The notes beneath the pieces were generated by a model. It was given only the letters and a program-made list of their open reading frames with translations. It made no database searches and was not told the origin of the DNA. The translations under genes and the position numbers were made by a program. Positions 12,201 to 19,047 of a stretch of 64,000 bases of DNA are shown here, piece by piece. The stretch lies in assembly GCA_016186695.1 (NCBI GenBank), contig JACPLC010000001.1, positions 174,706 through 238,705 on the forward strand. Direction: 5' to 3'. The stretch is from Candidatus Kaiserbacteria bacterium. Its GTDB lineage: Bacteria; Patescibacteriota; Minisyncoccia; Phycocordibacterales; UBA2100. Position 1 is the stretch's first letter; each line of letters begins with the position of its first letter.

Positions 12201-13262
12201 GACGTGACGAACAATACGCTCACGGCGAACGTGTCGCACTTCTCGGACTTTGCGCCGATTTCACCCGCGCAATCCTCTGGCTCTGCGGCGAGCACCGGAA
12301 GTACCGGGAGCTCCGGAAGCAGTGGAGGAGGCGGTGGCGGTGGAGGAGGGAGTGGCGGCAGCATCGTGAATCCTCCTGCAAAGACGATAGCGAAGGCCCA
12401 GATCATCTATCCCGACGGCACCGTGACGTACGTCGACCAAAACCTCGGTGTTGCGACGGGGGCGGCAGCTGCAGGAGCGGCACGAGGGAGTGCAGCGGGT
12501 GGAGCACGCTTCAGTGTCCTTCTCCGACAAGGCTCCAAGCATGCTGATGTGGCGCGACTCCAGAAAGCGCTCGGCGTTGATCCAACAGGGTACTTCGGGC
12601 CACTCACGCGTGCTGCAGTGGAGGCGTTCCAAGTAAAGCATGTAATAGCGAAGCGGGGCGACCCCGGATTCGGAACCCTTGGTCCGAAGACGCGTGCGAA
12701 GTTGAACGAACTCTTCGGCGAAGGTACTGGTGTTGCCGCGCCACAAGCCTCTGCGCAAGGTCAGGCACAAAGCGGACAGGCTGCAGTGACTTCTGGAACA
12801 CTCACGCGTGCCGTCAAGGTCGGCTCGTCTGGAGACGACGTGAAGCTTCTCCAGGTCGTACTCAACACGGACGCCGATACACGCATTGCCCTCTCCGGTG
12901 CTGGTTCTCCCGGAAACGAAACGACGCTCTTCGGGCGTCTCACTCTTGTCGCGATTCAGCGCTTCCAAGTGAAGCATGGCATCGTAAAGCCCGGCGGGGA
13001 GGGCTATGGAAACGTCGGTCCAAAGACGCGCGCGAAGCTAAACGAGATTCTCGCGGCGTGGCTTGCAGCAACTACCCCCGCGCCGGCTCCTACACCAGAA
13101 CCAACTCCGGCGCCGACACCCTCACCTGTCGCGACCTCAACGGATGCGACTGCAACGACGACCGCGAGTGTTTCTGCCGATGCAACGGCGACAACTACCT
13201 CGTCGACAACCAGCACAACAACGGTGACTGTAAGTGTTAGCGCGACTACCACTTCTTACTAA
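6201..13262 (+). CDS. Giant (2353 aa) cell-surface protein: N-terminal signal anchor, many Ig-like/ beta-sandwich (Big / carboxypeptidase-regulatory-like) repeats, Gly/Ser linker, three PG-binding modules, Thr/Pro-rich C-terminal tail
   Basis: Single uninterrupted 7 kb ORF. N-terminal TM is FAFVLFTALILLVVLLTSIA. The sequence is dominated by T/S/G/V/A-rich beta-strand repeats with recurring VTxxxVAPTV, TYTxTxSxxGY and GxYxVxxxxPGF segments of the kind seen in bacterial Ig-like and CarboxypepD_reg domains. A poly-Gly/Ser linker lies at about 12280..12360. There are three copies of the [10 protein letters not shown](L/I) PG-binding module, and the tail reads TPAPAPTPEPTPAPTPSP. Confidence 0.8.
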   Translation: MDISLVRHQAKVFAFVLFTALILLVVLLTSIARGAVGTLTTSDLTSTGQTIKASSAATAVIGINVVVSASETMASTSLMIAGTGGFVAADDLAALGTATSSGIAIYRDDAVSGTNGSFDSTDDVIPLASAPTFSGATTTLTFAGVEALPANNTGDNEGSDYFIVVQTSAAATNARLFTVSLYPGEVGFNVVRQSTPTALTTKSVTIDTVAPTVNTNTTGPASGSTNVPVSTFIHMGFSENLDQSTLNSNNIIFTQNGSAVGAGIRPFPDGFDIVVSNPPTYTASTKFAKVTTVSTGFYNVSGTNAITPQGAYTAPLYGDIVYTQFGTFPPEVGVITNSVLTSGTFAINGNALFSPSQVTKFASPAFATTTGTGSPVGIGDLVVTNTSANPADVRYGWHIVTTGASINGSGLRLDGASGQPTYPASTTLSKILPAATSTMDASGRLNATTTFSAGDLVFARVDRNGDHNDTYSWHLVTTGETINGLLGSGATPGTTSALRLDSGNGAPHFAPSSAFAKITTSATGAIDSGAQNATVFSLGDMLFARTTAGASNLDAYNFHLVSGGATGATSTALRLDNASSNLATSTTYVVTAKPGVTDSAGNALAASSTLSFTTGGTGGTNISPPYVQSSQPQGGSQSHPINGPIKLTFSVAMKSDGGANAVTNTAVVKLSTDVNGQPGVAVTSTNTYDSTTNTVTVTPSANLTASTNYVVLVMTTAQSTNNIGLPNEYRLYFRTSSGADSTAPTVLGVNPTNNSTNISLGPVFTAGFSEDMDPSTVTNSTLKLATQIGGTAVSGNVTYNQQSRSASFAPSTALSASTGYKFTVGAGLTGPADLSGNRLAATSTTFATTTATADTSAPSVQFASADNFGIAITFSETMKTGGGPNAADNVANYTLESPLGTSIGLGGKTVTYDGMTKTARISGLSLSNGSQFKATVATPVQDLAGNGISTSGTPAGNIAVGTVQNSSQTGGQLGPGTGTIDQSVQGMNPTQLMPMVRMAGAISDYRVNFLAGTSIPSGGQIIVTFPSGFDVSRASTTPAASSLCNNDINGTQFSGPASLPVIASASANSDAGTVTITTAGDATGANTFICLELTGIINSTVPSSSGYTGDIKTRDTAANNRAILETKTTSPFFLGAAGTRTLTVNVFNDGNANSTNNANEGIAAVKVFLFSPATGGNSTTTNASGVASFTSLADGDYMVGIDPGTLASASSTVVYNSSPQPITISATNLTKNIIVSGGGSTIALSGTVTGPNGTDVDIFASSGQGFTKVVKTMTGSAVSYSLRISPSTIYSVGVGPGMPDSFFIPGGPPPKPPTFTFMPPPNVTVIATTTNVTGVNFTLSSADKTITGTVVDSAGSAVSNAGVFARPISNTTSGGGPTSDLGFGSGGQTDTSGAFSINVVAGTYLVGVFKPGMPSVPDQQITVPSSGANTPSSLAFKLGTASTLTISGTVKDDNGNAIPYAGVGGRKVVSTADTTPIGGGQGNFVGGPTDANGAYTLYVTNGVWQIEAYAPGFGKLGSKTVTVSGSSLSGQDFSAQTLSLGTVTGTTTKAAVAVQGVMVHAEGANGRNFGVSDADGVYSLKLPAGSYTLTCFFPGIGDSTPIDVTSTADTTSYSNNCALAAPITVTVNLTDGTNPITNAYVDARTSTGRGNGTSESTSSGANATYTLTLSPGTYTVRAGHPAFGPIGSTGSVSSTQTITYTAPTLYSVTGTVNSSGVGTNNAFVSLTGRPTGQTNTIMVGAQTNDSGAYTISAPKGSYQLRADKPGYILSEPVSVTVAGNTTATEVSLRAASRTISGTVSLSSSGVSGAFVDATDGSGGFAVAQTDSAGAYSLSVTPASWVVTARSIGYHASTTVDVTSASASGQNITLAAISGFTLTAERQETITPTAGGFVTNSDIGSNFKLTIPANALGTGSNAGTVKTQANTAVPGIANGTVLSKNAVTISAVDSSGQPVKSLNDAVTVVVPYTEASVPSGTSEADLQLGVWNDATQAYDMLPTTVDVTNNTLTANVSHFSDFAPISPAQSSGSAASTGSTGSSGSSGGGGGGGGGSGGSIVNPPAKTIAKAQIIYPDGTVTYVDQNLGVATGAAAAGAARGSAAGGARFSVLLRQGSKHADVARLQKALGVDPTGYFGPLTRAAVEAFQVKHVIAKRGDPGFGTLGPKTRAKLNELFGEGTGVAAPQASAQGQAQSGQAAVTSGTLTRAVKVGSSGDDVKLLQVVLNTDADTRIALSGAGSPGNETTLFGRLTLVAIQRFQVKHGIVKPGGEGYGNVGPKTRAKLNEILAAWLAATTPAPAPTPEPTPAPTPSPVATSTDATATTTASVSADATATTTSSTTSTTTVTVSVSATTTSY

Positions 13263-13325
13263 TACGTAGCAGGTAAAAAGCCGCGCTCCGCATTCCTGCG
13301 GAGCGCAGCATGCTACACTTTTGCG

Positions 13326-13814
13326 ATGACAAAACGCTCAATGCCGCAGACAGAAGAAGAGTGGAACCCCGAAGCAGAGCAGAGCTCGCTACGGGGCAGG
13401 GAAGATGCTCACGGTGAGGAGTATTGGAGACAGAAGCTGACTCCGGAACAATTTCGTGTCATGCGTGAGAAGGGGACCGAGCCGGCGTTTACGGGGCAGT
13501 ATGTGCACGAGAAGGCAGACGGCACCTACGAGTGCCGCGCATGTGGGAATCCGTTGTTCGATTCGACTGCGAAATTCGATTCCGGCACGGGCTGGCCATC
13601 GTTCGACTCCGCACTTCCGGGAGCAGTTGAATATCACAAGGAATTGTCACACGGAATGCCTGCCCTCCGTAGCCTTGGCGAAGGAGGGGAGCGCACCGAA
13701 ATCACGTGCGCCCGCTGTGGTTCGCATCTCGGCCACGTCTTTGACGACGGCCCGACAAAAACGGGGAAACGGTACTGTATAAATTCTGTGTGCCTCGACC
13801 TCGAAGAGAAGTAG
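13326..13814 (+). CDS. msrB: Peptide-methionine (R)-S-oxide reductase MsrB
   Basis: Two CxxC zinc knuckles (YECRACGNP ... CARCGSHLGHVF) and the catalytic RYCINS motif. 162 aa. Confidence 0.85.
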   Translation: MTKRSMPQTEEEWNPEAEQSSLRGREDAHGEEYWRQKLTPEQFRVMREKGTEPAFTGQYVHEKADGTYECRACGNPLFDSTAKFDSGTGWPSFDSALPGAVEYHKELSHGMPALRSLGEGGERTEITCARCGSHLGHVFDDGPTKTGKRYCINSVCLDLEEK

Positions 13815-13860
13815 ATCCTTCCTCAATACTTCATACTCTATACTTCATACTTTCTATCGT

Positions 13861-14046
13861 ATGGCCAGATACGGTACATATGCAGGGCAAAAGGTTCGTC
13901 GCGCGATGCGCGAGATGAAGCAGGGCAAGCTCCGCTCCGGCAGGAGCGGGAAGCGCGTGACCTCGCGCAAACAGGCGATCGCAATCGGGCTTTCGGAAGC
14001 GCGACGCGCAGGTGGCAAGGTGCCGCGTGCTCCGCGAAGCCGCTAG
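13861..14046 (+). CDS. Small basic conserved protein (resembles the about 60-aa DUF6496-type proteins)
   Basis: 61 aa, MARYGTYAGQKVRRAMREMKQGKLRSGRSGKRVTSRKQAIAIGLSEARRAGGKVP. The KxGxLxSG..G.KVTSRKQAIAIGLSEAR pattern matches a widespread small-protein family that I recall as DUF6496. This identification is from memory only. Confidence 0.45.
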   Translation: MARYGTYAGQKVRRAMREMKQGKLRSGRSGKRVTSRKQAIAIGLSEARRAGGKVPRAPRSR

Positions 14047-15968
14047 AACTGAAAGAATCCCGCGAGTAGATAGAAGACAGATGCGACGAACCGTGCGGCG
14101 GCACTTGCGTGCGGCGCATCACTCGGTGGCGGTGGAGGCGGTTGTTGGGATGTCCCTCCATCAGGCGGAGGTTGCATCATCCCTCCATCGGGTGGTGGCA
14201 TCATGCCGCCACCGTCAGGGGGTGGAACAAAGCCTCCACCTTCGGGCGGATGATATTCTCCGGGCGGGAGCATGCCGCCTTCAGGCGGCCGAAATTCTCC
14301 GGGCGGAGGCATAAATTGCTGTGACTGCTGTTGATACTGTTGTTCGTACTGTCGCTGGTACTCCTGTTTGTACTGCTCTTGATATTGCTGCTGATACTGT
14401 TGTTGAAATTCTGCGGGCTGCCCTTCGGGTGAATGGCGGAAGCTTTCGGGCGGCATCATTCCTTCGGGCTGGTATTGTTTCCCTTCGCCCGGCGGAGGTC
14501 CCCTGAAGTCCATCGGTTGCCGATTTTCCTGCATGAATTTCTGTCGCTCCTCCTCGCTCATGTTCTTAATCTTTTCCGCATCCGGTCCTCCCATGCCAGG
14601 CTCTCCACGAAATCCGTGCTGCTGAAATTTTTCGCGGCACGCTTCCGGGTTTTGCTTGCACTCTTCCATGAGTCCGGGCGGGATCTGAAAACCGCGCTGT
14701 TCCATCGCACGCTCCTGGCCCGTCGCGTGATCCGGCCCCTGGCCTTCCGGACCTCCACCAAATCCGCGCTCTTTCGCGAATGCCTGGCACTCCTCTCGGT
14801 GCGCAGGGTCATCGCAAAACGTGCGGCACTCTTCTCCCTTGCATCCGCCCGGGCCCGTCATGTTTCCCATTTCTTTCATCCGCGATGCATCTTCCTCGCT
14901 CATGAGACCGTTTTCGATTGCGAATTGCATGCAGGCTTCCTGATGCGCCTGATCGTCGCAGTAGCGGCGACACGCTTCTCCGCGGCATCCTCCCGGACCC
15001 GGCTTGTTGCCGATTTTTCGCGCCTGCGCTGCCTCCTCTTTCGACATCATCCCGTTTTCTTCCGCAAACGCGATGCACGCGTCCATGTGCTCCGGATCTT
15101 CGCAGTAGGTCTCACACGCTCTTCCGATGCACCCTCCGGGCCCCGCCTTTCCTGCAAATTTCTTCGCCCGTTCCAATTCTTCGGGCGACATGAGGCCGTT
15201 CTCTTCCGCAAACTGCAGACATTCGTTCATGTGCGCAGGATCGTCGCAATACGTCTTGCATGCCTCGCGCCGACATCCGCCCGGTCCCGGCTTGTCGCCC
15301 ATTTTCTTTGCCATCGTCGCCTCCTCCGCGCTCATGAATCCGTTCTCTACCGCGAAGTTCACGCATTCATCCATGTGCGCAGGATCGTCGCAATACGTCT
15401 TGCATGCCTCGCGCCGACATCCGCCCGGTCCCGGCTTGTCGCCCATTTTCTTTGCCATCTCCAGCTCTTCTTTCGGTATCAAATTGTGCTTTTCGGCAAA
15501 CGCGATGCACTCCTCGAAGTGCCCGTCGGCGTCGCAATAGGCGCGGCACTCCTTCTCGCTCTTGCAGCCGCCGGGACCGCCCTTCGTGCGAACTTCTTTG
15601 GCGATCGCCACCTCCTCGGGAGGAATGAGCCCGTTTTTCTCGGCGAAGGCCAGACATTCGTCAATATGTGCATCGTCATCGCAATACGCTTTGCACTGCA
15701 GCCCCACGCAGCCGCCGGGCCCTTTCGCGCTCCCGATCTTACGGGCGATTGCCGTCTCTTCCTCGCTCATCAAGCCGTTTTCTTCGGCAAAATCAATGCA
15801 TTGTTCGTGGTTTGCAGGATCTTCGCAGTACGTGTGACATGCCTCTTTCGATTCACATCCGCCCAATTCCGGGATAGGGAACGTAATGGTATCTTCTTGC
15901 GCAAATGCAACACCGGCTGCAAACAATATTCCCGCTGCAGCCGTTGCTATCAGTGTTTTTGTATTCAT
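14043..15968 (-). CDS. Secreted tandem-repeat protein: eight about 48-aa four-cysteine repeats (GPGGC-x4-C-x3-CDDxAHxxEC-x-FAxENGLMSxEE), then a Gln/Tyr-rich and Pro-rich tail ending in a C-terminal hydrophobic segment
   Basis: The ORF track gives 14043..15989 with a GTG start. Internal ATG at 15968 chosen because it gives a clean signal peptide MNTKTLIATAAAGILFAAGVAFA|QED. The repeats are very regular. Repeats 3 and 4 are identical over 33 aa, which corresponds to an exact about 140-bp DNA duplication (15241..15318 equals 15381..15458 on the + strand). The tail carries QQQYQQQYQEQYKQEYQRQYEQQYQQQ, then MPPPGEF/PPEGG repeats, then FVASVFYLLAGFFQF. No known family recognised. Confidence 0.8.
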   Translation of the reverse strand: MNTKTLIATAAAGILFAAGVAFAQEDTITFPIPELGGCESKEACHTYCEDPANHEQCIDFAEENGLMSEEETAIARKIGSAKGPGGCVGLQCKAYCDDDAHIDECLAFAEKNGLIPPEEVAIAKEVRTKGGPGGCKSEKECRAYCDADGHFEECIAFAEKHNLIPKEELEMAKKMGDKPGPGGCRREACKTYCDDPAHMDECVNFAVENGFMSAEEATMAKKMGDKPGPGGCRREACKTYCDDPAHMNECLQFAEENGLMSPEELERAKKFAGKAGPGGCIGRACETYCEDPEHMDACIAFAEENGMMSKEEAAQARKIGNKPGPGGCRGEACRRYCDDQAHQEACMQFAIENGLMSEEDASRMKEMGNMTGPGGCKGEECRTFCDDPAHREECQAFAKERGFGGGPEGQGPDHATGQERAMEQRGFQIPPGLMEECKQNPEACREKFQQHGFRGEPGMGGPDAEKIKNMSEEERQKFMQENRQPMDFRGPPPGEGKQYQPEGMMPPESFRHSPEGQPAEFQQQYQQQYQEQYKQEYQRQYEQQYQQQSQQFMPPPGEFRPPEGGMLPPGEYHPPEGGGFVPPPDGGGMMPPPDGGMMQPPPDGGTSQQPPPPPPSDAPHASAAARFVASVFYLLAGFFQF

Positions 15969-16009
15969 GTATTTGTATGTACTACGCACTACTCACTACT
16001 AACTACATA

Positions 16010-16237
16010 CTACTCAAACGGATTCGTCTTCACGCCTCCGTACGGATTCGTCTTCACGTCTTCGAGCGGATTCGTCGTCATGTCCTCGAAGGGGTTCACG
16101 GCCTGCTCCTCGGAGGCTTGTTGCGCCGTGAGCGCAGCGGCCGATTTCTCCCAGCCAATGTCGTAGCCGAAGTAAAAGCCTGCGGCGGCTCCGAGGGCAA
16201 GTCCAGCGACGATCCCGATAATGAGCTGTTGGTTCAT
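16010..16237 (-). CDS. Small single-TM protein with C-terminal NPxE/TNP(F/L/Y) mini-repeats, immediately upstream of and co-oriented with the Cys-repeat protein
   Basis: The ORF track gives 16010..16288. Start moved to Met18 (MNQQLIIGIVAGLALGAAAGFYFGY), giving a 75-aa protein of one TM helix plus NPFEDMTTNPLEDVKTNPYGGVKTNPFE. There is a 40-bp gap to the downstream gene on the same strand, which suggests a two-gene operon. Confidence 0.5.
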   Translation of the reverse strand: MNQQLIIGIVAGLALGAAAGFYFGYDIGWEKSAAALTAQQASEEQAVNPFEDMTTNPLEDVKTNPYGGVKTNPFE

Positions 16238-16374
16238 AGTGTGGTGGGTAAATAGTATTGACCTCATTATAGGCACGTTTCGGGGCAATCGGCCGCCCCG
16301 TGTTGATAACCCTCGCTATTTTCATCCACATTTTTTCCACCTTTTTTCCCCAGTTCTTGCCTACTATGCGCGGT

Positions 16375-16401
16375 TTGACACAGTTCAGCGCTTGCTAAAA
16401 T
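16375..16401 (+). promoter_or_regulatory. Sigma70-like promoter (TTGACA - 15 nt - TAAAAT)
   Basis: Exact TTGACA at 16375..16380 and TAAAAT at 16396..16401. It sits in a 640-bp ORF-free region and is followed by hairpins and a short terminator. Confidence 0.4.
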
Positions 16402-16407
16402 CCTCGG

Positions 16408-16500
16408 CGGTGTGGCGATCTCACGATTGCCACACCTTTCTCTCTGCGGGGAGGCCGCACTCGAAGTGGCTGATACGCAGAGGCCCCAGCGGGGTTTTGG
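16408..16500 (+). ncRNA. Candidate small RNA or leader, about 90 nt (two hairpins plus a GC-stem/T-run terminator)
   Basis: Downstream of the promoter is a hairpin GGTGTGGC-gatctcacgatt-GCCACACC. A second stem CTCTGCG...CGCAGAG follows, then GGCCCCAGCGGGGTTTT. No ORF with plausible composition covers it. Family unknown. Confidence 0.3.
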
Positions 16501-16925
16501 GAGTCTTTGAAAGCGGGTAGTTCCGCGGTCACAGGTTCCGAAGATTCTATCGCCTAGTGGCAAGGGGAGTGGCGATTCTCTCGTGAAGACAAGTCTGCGT
16601 GAGAAAGAAACTCCTTCGAGCTTCAAACCGGTGGGGTTATGTACGCTCTTATCGCAGGTGGGAATATGAGGACGTAAAAGGGTTTGGTAGCCCTCCTTGC
16701 AGGTCCGGGCGCTTGTCCGCTCGAAAACTGCGAAGGCGACTCAACGACTAGGAAGAAAGGAGTGTAACGGCGAAAGGTGCCCGCCAAGGCACCTTTTCGT
16801 TATGCATACAAGTATAGCAGCGCGTGCTTGCACCGAGCGAGCGAAGCGAGTCGAGGTGTGGACAAGTGTTTTTCTTTGTTTTCTAACCCAAGCGAGGGGG
16901 AAGTTGTATGCAATGATGGATACAT

Positions 16926-17534
16926 ATGGCGAAATACTTCATCGGTGCGATCGTTATTCTTATCATCGCAATTACCGGCTATTACGCGTGGCAAAATTTC
17001 GGTGCCGCACCCGCTCCCTCTCCTACGCCGGAAGCGCCGATCATGAGCACGTATGCGACCTCTACCTTCTCGATCGCATATCCTTCGACCTACGCTCTCG
17101 ACGACACCTACGCGTACGATCAGTTTGAGGGCAAACCGATTGCAGGAGTGAAGTTCAGCGTACCCATCGCCATGATCGAGGGTACGAATCTTTCAAGCGA
17201 CAGTGGTATATCAGTAGAGTGGCTTCCGCGCGCGAAGAAGTGCACGGGCGACATTTACATTCCCGCCAATGTGAAAGCGTTAGAACTTACCGTCGGCTCG
17301 ACGACGTACTCCGTCGCGACAACAACCGGTGCCGCCGCAGGGAATATCTACGAGGAGCAGGTCTTTGCGGTGAAAGGCAGCTCGCCCTGCACTGCCGTGC
17401 GCTATCTTCTGCACTCGGGGAACATCGGCAACTACCCGCAGGAAGGCGAAGAGGGCGCCGTACGCGAGTTTGACCGCGCGGCACTCTTGCGTGAATTCGA
17501 CTCCATCCGCGATGCACTGGTGTTGATTCCCTAA
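16926..17534 (+). CDS. Hypothetical membrane-anchored or secreted protein
   Basis: N-terminal TM MAKYFIGAIVILIIAITGYYAW, then a 180-aa soluble domain. No motif recognised. Confidence 0.55.
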   Translation: MAKYFIGAIVILIIAITGYYAWQNFGAAPAPSPTPEAPIMSTYATSTFSIAYPSTYALDDTYAYDQFEGKPIAGVKFSVPIAMIEGTNLSSDSGISVEWLPRAKKCTGDIYIPANVKALELTVGSTTYSVATTTGAAAGNIYEEQVFAVKGSSPCTAVRYLLHSGNIGNYPQEGEEGAVREFDRAALLREFDSIRDALVLIP

Positions 17535-17536
17535 GA

Positions 17537-18427
17537 ATGCGCGGCCTTCAATTCTCTACCTCCTCGGCCGCGCTCGTCTTTGCTATCGCACTCGCGTCAC
17601 TCTTTTGGATTGCGCTTTCGGTGAGCGCGATGGAGTCCGACGTTCCGATACCTGTTGAGATCGAAGAGGTGGCCGTGCCCAACACTGCGCACTTTCCGCC
17701 GGCGCAGGATCTGCATGAGTACATCGAGGTGATGGAAGGGTGCAATTACGCCTACGCGGGGGAGTGCGTGCGCTCGTATGCGGGGCCGGGGAGAGAATAC
17801 GCAACGGTCAACCGTCTGCGAAAAGGAATCGTGCTGAAGGTCGGGGGCTCGGTCTTGAACGACCTGCGTGTGTGGTACCGAATTATTTTTGACGAGCCTC
17901 TGCGCTATCCAGAACGAGTTGCGCGGGCGCAGTACGTTGCCGCCGAAGACGTGCGGCACTTTTACAGCAACGGCGTACAGACGCGCGGCTCGCAGGGGAG
18001 TGCCACCCATTCGACTCAGCTCAGGGTCGAGGCATCGACAAGCTCAGCCTCGACGAAGCACATACTCGTCGATCGCTCGGAGCAAATGCTCTATGCCTAC
18101 GAGGGCGAGACGCTCTTTATGCAAGTTTCCATCTCCACGGGTATTCAACTCACTCCGACGCCCCGCGGCGTCTTCACCATTTATAAAAGGACACCCACCC
18201 GCTACATGCAGGGTCCCCTGCCGGACATCAGCGAAAAATATTACGACTTGCCGGGCGTGCCATGGAATCTCTACTTCACCAACGAAGGCGGCGTTATTCA
18301 CGGCGCGTATTGGCACAAAAGTTTTGGCACAAGGTGGTCGAACGGCTGCGTGAACCTCCCGCTTGCCGAGGCGCGCACGCTCTACGAATGGGCCGAAGTC
18401 GGCACCAAAGTCCTCGTCCGCGACTGA
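17537..18427 (+). CDS. L,D-transpeptidase (YkuD/ ErfK family)
   Basis: N-terminal signal anchor. The C-terminal catalytic domain contains the His...Ser-x-Gly-Cys signature (HGAYWHKSFGTRWSNGCVNLP). Confidence 0.8.
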   Translation: MRGLQFSTSSAALVFAIALASLFWIALSVSAMESDVPIPVEIEEVAVPNTAHFPPAQDLHEYIEVMEGCNYAYAGECVRSYAGPGREYATVNRLRKGIVLKVGGSVLNDLRVWYRIIFDEPLRYPERVARAQYVAAEDVRHFYSNGVQTRGSQGSATHSTQLRVEASTSSASTKHILVDRSEQMLYAYEGETLFMQVSISTGIQLTPTPRGVFTIYKRTPTRYMQGPLPDISEKYYDLPGVPWNLYFTNEGGVIHGAYWHKSFGTRWSNGCVNLPLAEARTLYEWAEVGTKVLVRD

Positions 18428-18431
18428 ACCA

Positions 18432-18457
18432 CCGATTCCCCAAACCCAAGATTTGTG
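18432..18457. repeat. Direct repeat copy 1 (ccgattccccaaacccaagatttgtg), second copy at 18994..19019
   Basis: Read directly from the sequence: an identical 26-mer. The match extends to about 30 bp with one mismatch. The two copies bracket the tspO gene. Confidence 0.85.
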
Positions 18458-18464
18458 AGATGAT

Positions 18465-18881
18465 TTGCGGACGATGGGTATGTATGCGTGGTATGCGACG
18501 CTCATAAAGCCTTCGTGGGCGCCGCCTGCGTGGCTTTTCTCGCCGGTGTGGACGGTCCTCTACGCCATCATCGCAGTCACCTTCGGCTATGTATTCTACA
18601 AAGCATTCACGAAGCAGCTACCATGGATGGTCGCGCTGCCATTCGCACTCAATCTCATTTTCAACTTTGCTTTCACGCCGCTCCAATTCGGTTTCCAAAA
18701 CAATCTTCTTGCCGCGGCCGACGTCCTGCTCGTTCTCGCGACGCTCGTCTGGGCGTTTACCCTGCGAAGCGCGTTGCGCGAAGCAGGGCTCGGCTGGGTA
18801 CTGTATGCCAACATTCCGTATCTCCTCTGGGTCTCCTTTGCCACGGTACTCCAACTCACCGTCACCTATCTGAATCTCTAG
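18465..18881 (+). CDS. tspO: TspO/MBR family tryptophan-rich sensory protein
   Basis: WYATLIKPSWAPPAWLFSPVWTVLYAIIAVTFGYV matches the TspO signature (PxWxPPxWxFxPVWxxLY). About five TM helices, 138 aa. Confidence 0.8.
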   Translation: MRTMGMYAWYATLIKPSWAPPAWLFSPVWTVLYAIIAVTFGYVFYKAFTKQLPWMVALPFALNLIFNFAFTPLQFGFQNNLLAAADVLLVLATLVWAFTLRSALREAGLGWVLYANIPYLLWVSFATVLQLTVTYLNL

Positions 18882-18993
18882 TGTGATGTTCAAACATTTT
18901 GCAAAATGTTGAAATGAAAGATGGGGTGCAGGTGGGGTGCATGGTGGAGGCGCGGGCGTGGGGCGGGGAGGGGTGAGTGGGGATAGCAAGAGC

Positions 18994-19019
18994 CCGATTC
19001 CCCAAACCCAAGATTTGTG
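18994..19019. repeat. Direct repeat copy 2 (ccgattccccaaacccaagatttgtg)
   Basis: Identical to 18432..18457. It lies just upstream of the probable real start (19048) of the methyltransferase gene, at the left edge of the low-GC RM island. Confidence 0.85.
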
Positions 19020-19047
19020 GGATTGGGCATATGATAAAATCGAGTTA

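Noticed and set aside
12280-12360. Gly/Ser-coding GGNGGN tract as a possible CRISPR or repeat array
   Set aside because: It is an in-frame coding low-complexity tract, a poly-Gly hinge, and not spacer-repeat architecture. No CRISPR-like repeat-spacer periodicity was seen anywhere in the window.
14433-16166. 577-aa + strand ORF antisense to the Cys-repeat gene
   Set aside because: The translation is dominated by R/L/F/A and mirrors the repeats on the other strand. The minus-strand frame gives a signal peptide, regular Cys spacing and a sensible tail.
16500-16800. SRP RNA or tmRNA in the long intergenic region
   Set aside because: There is a CAGGTCCGG match to SRP helix 8, but the AAGGAAGCAGC symmetric-loop partner is absent. 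No tRNA-like 3' end or tag reading frame for tmRNA was found. The identity is left open.
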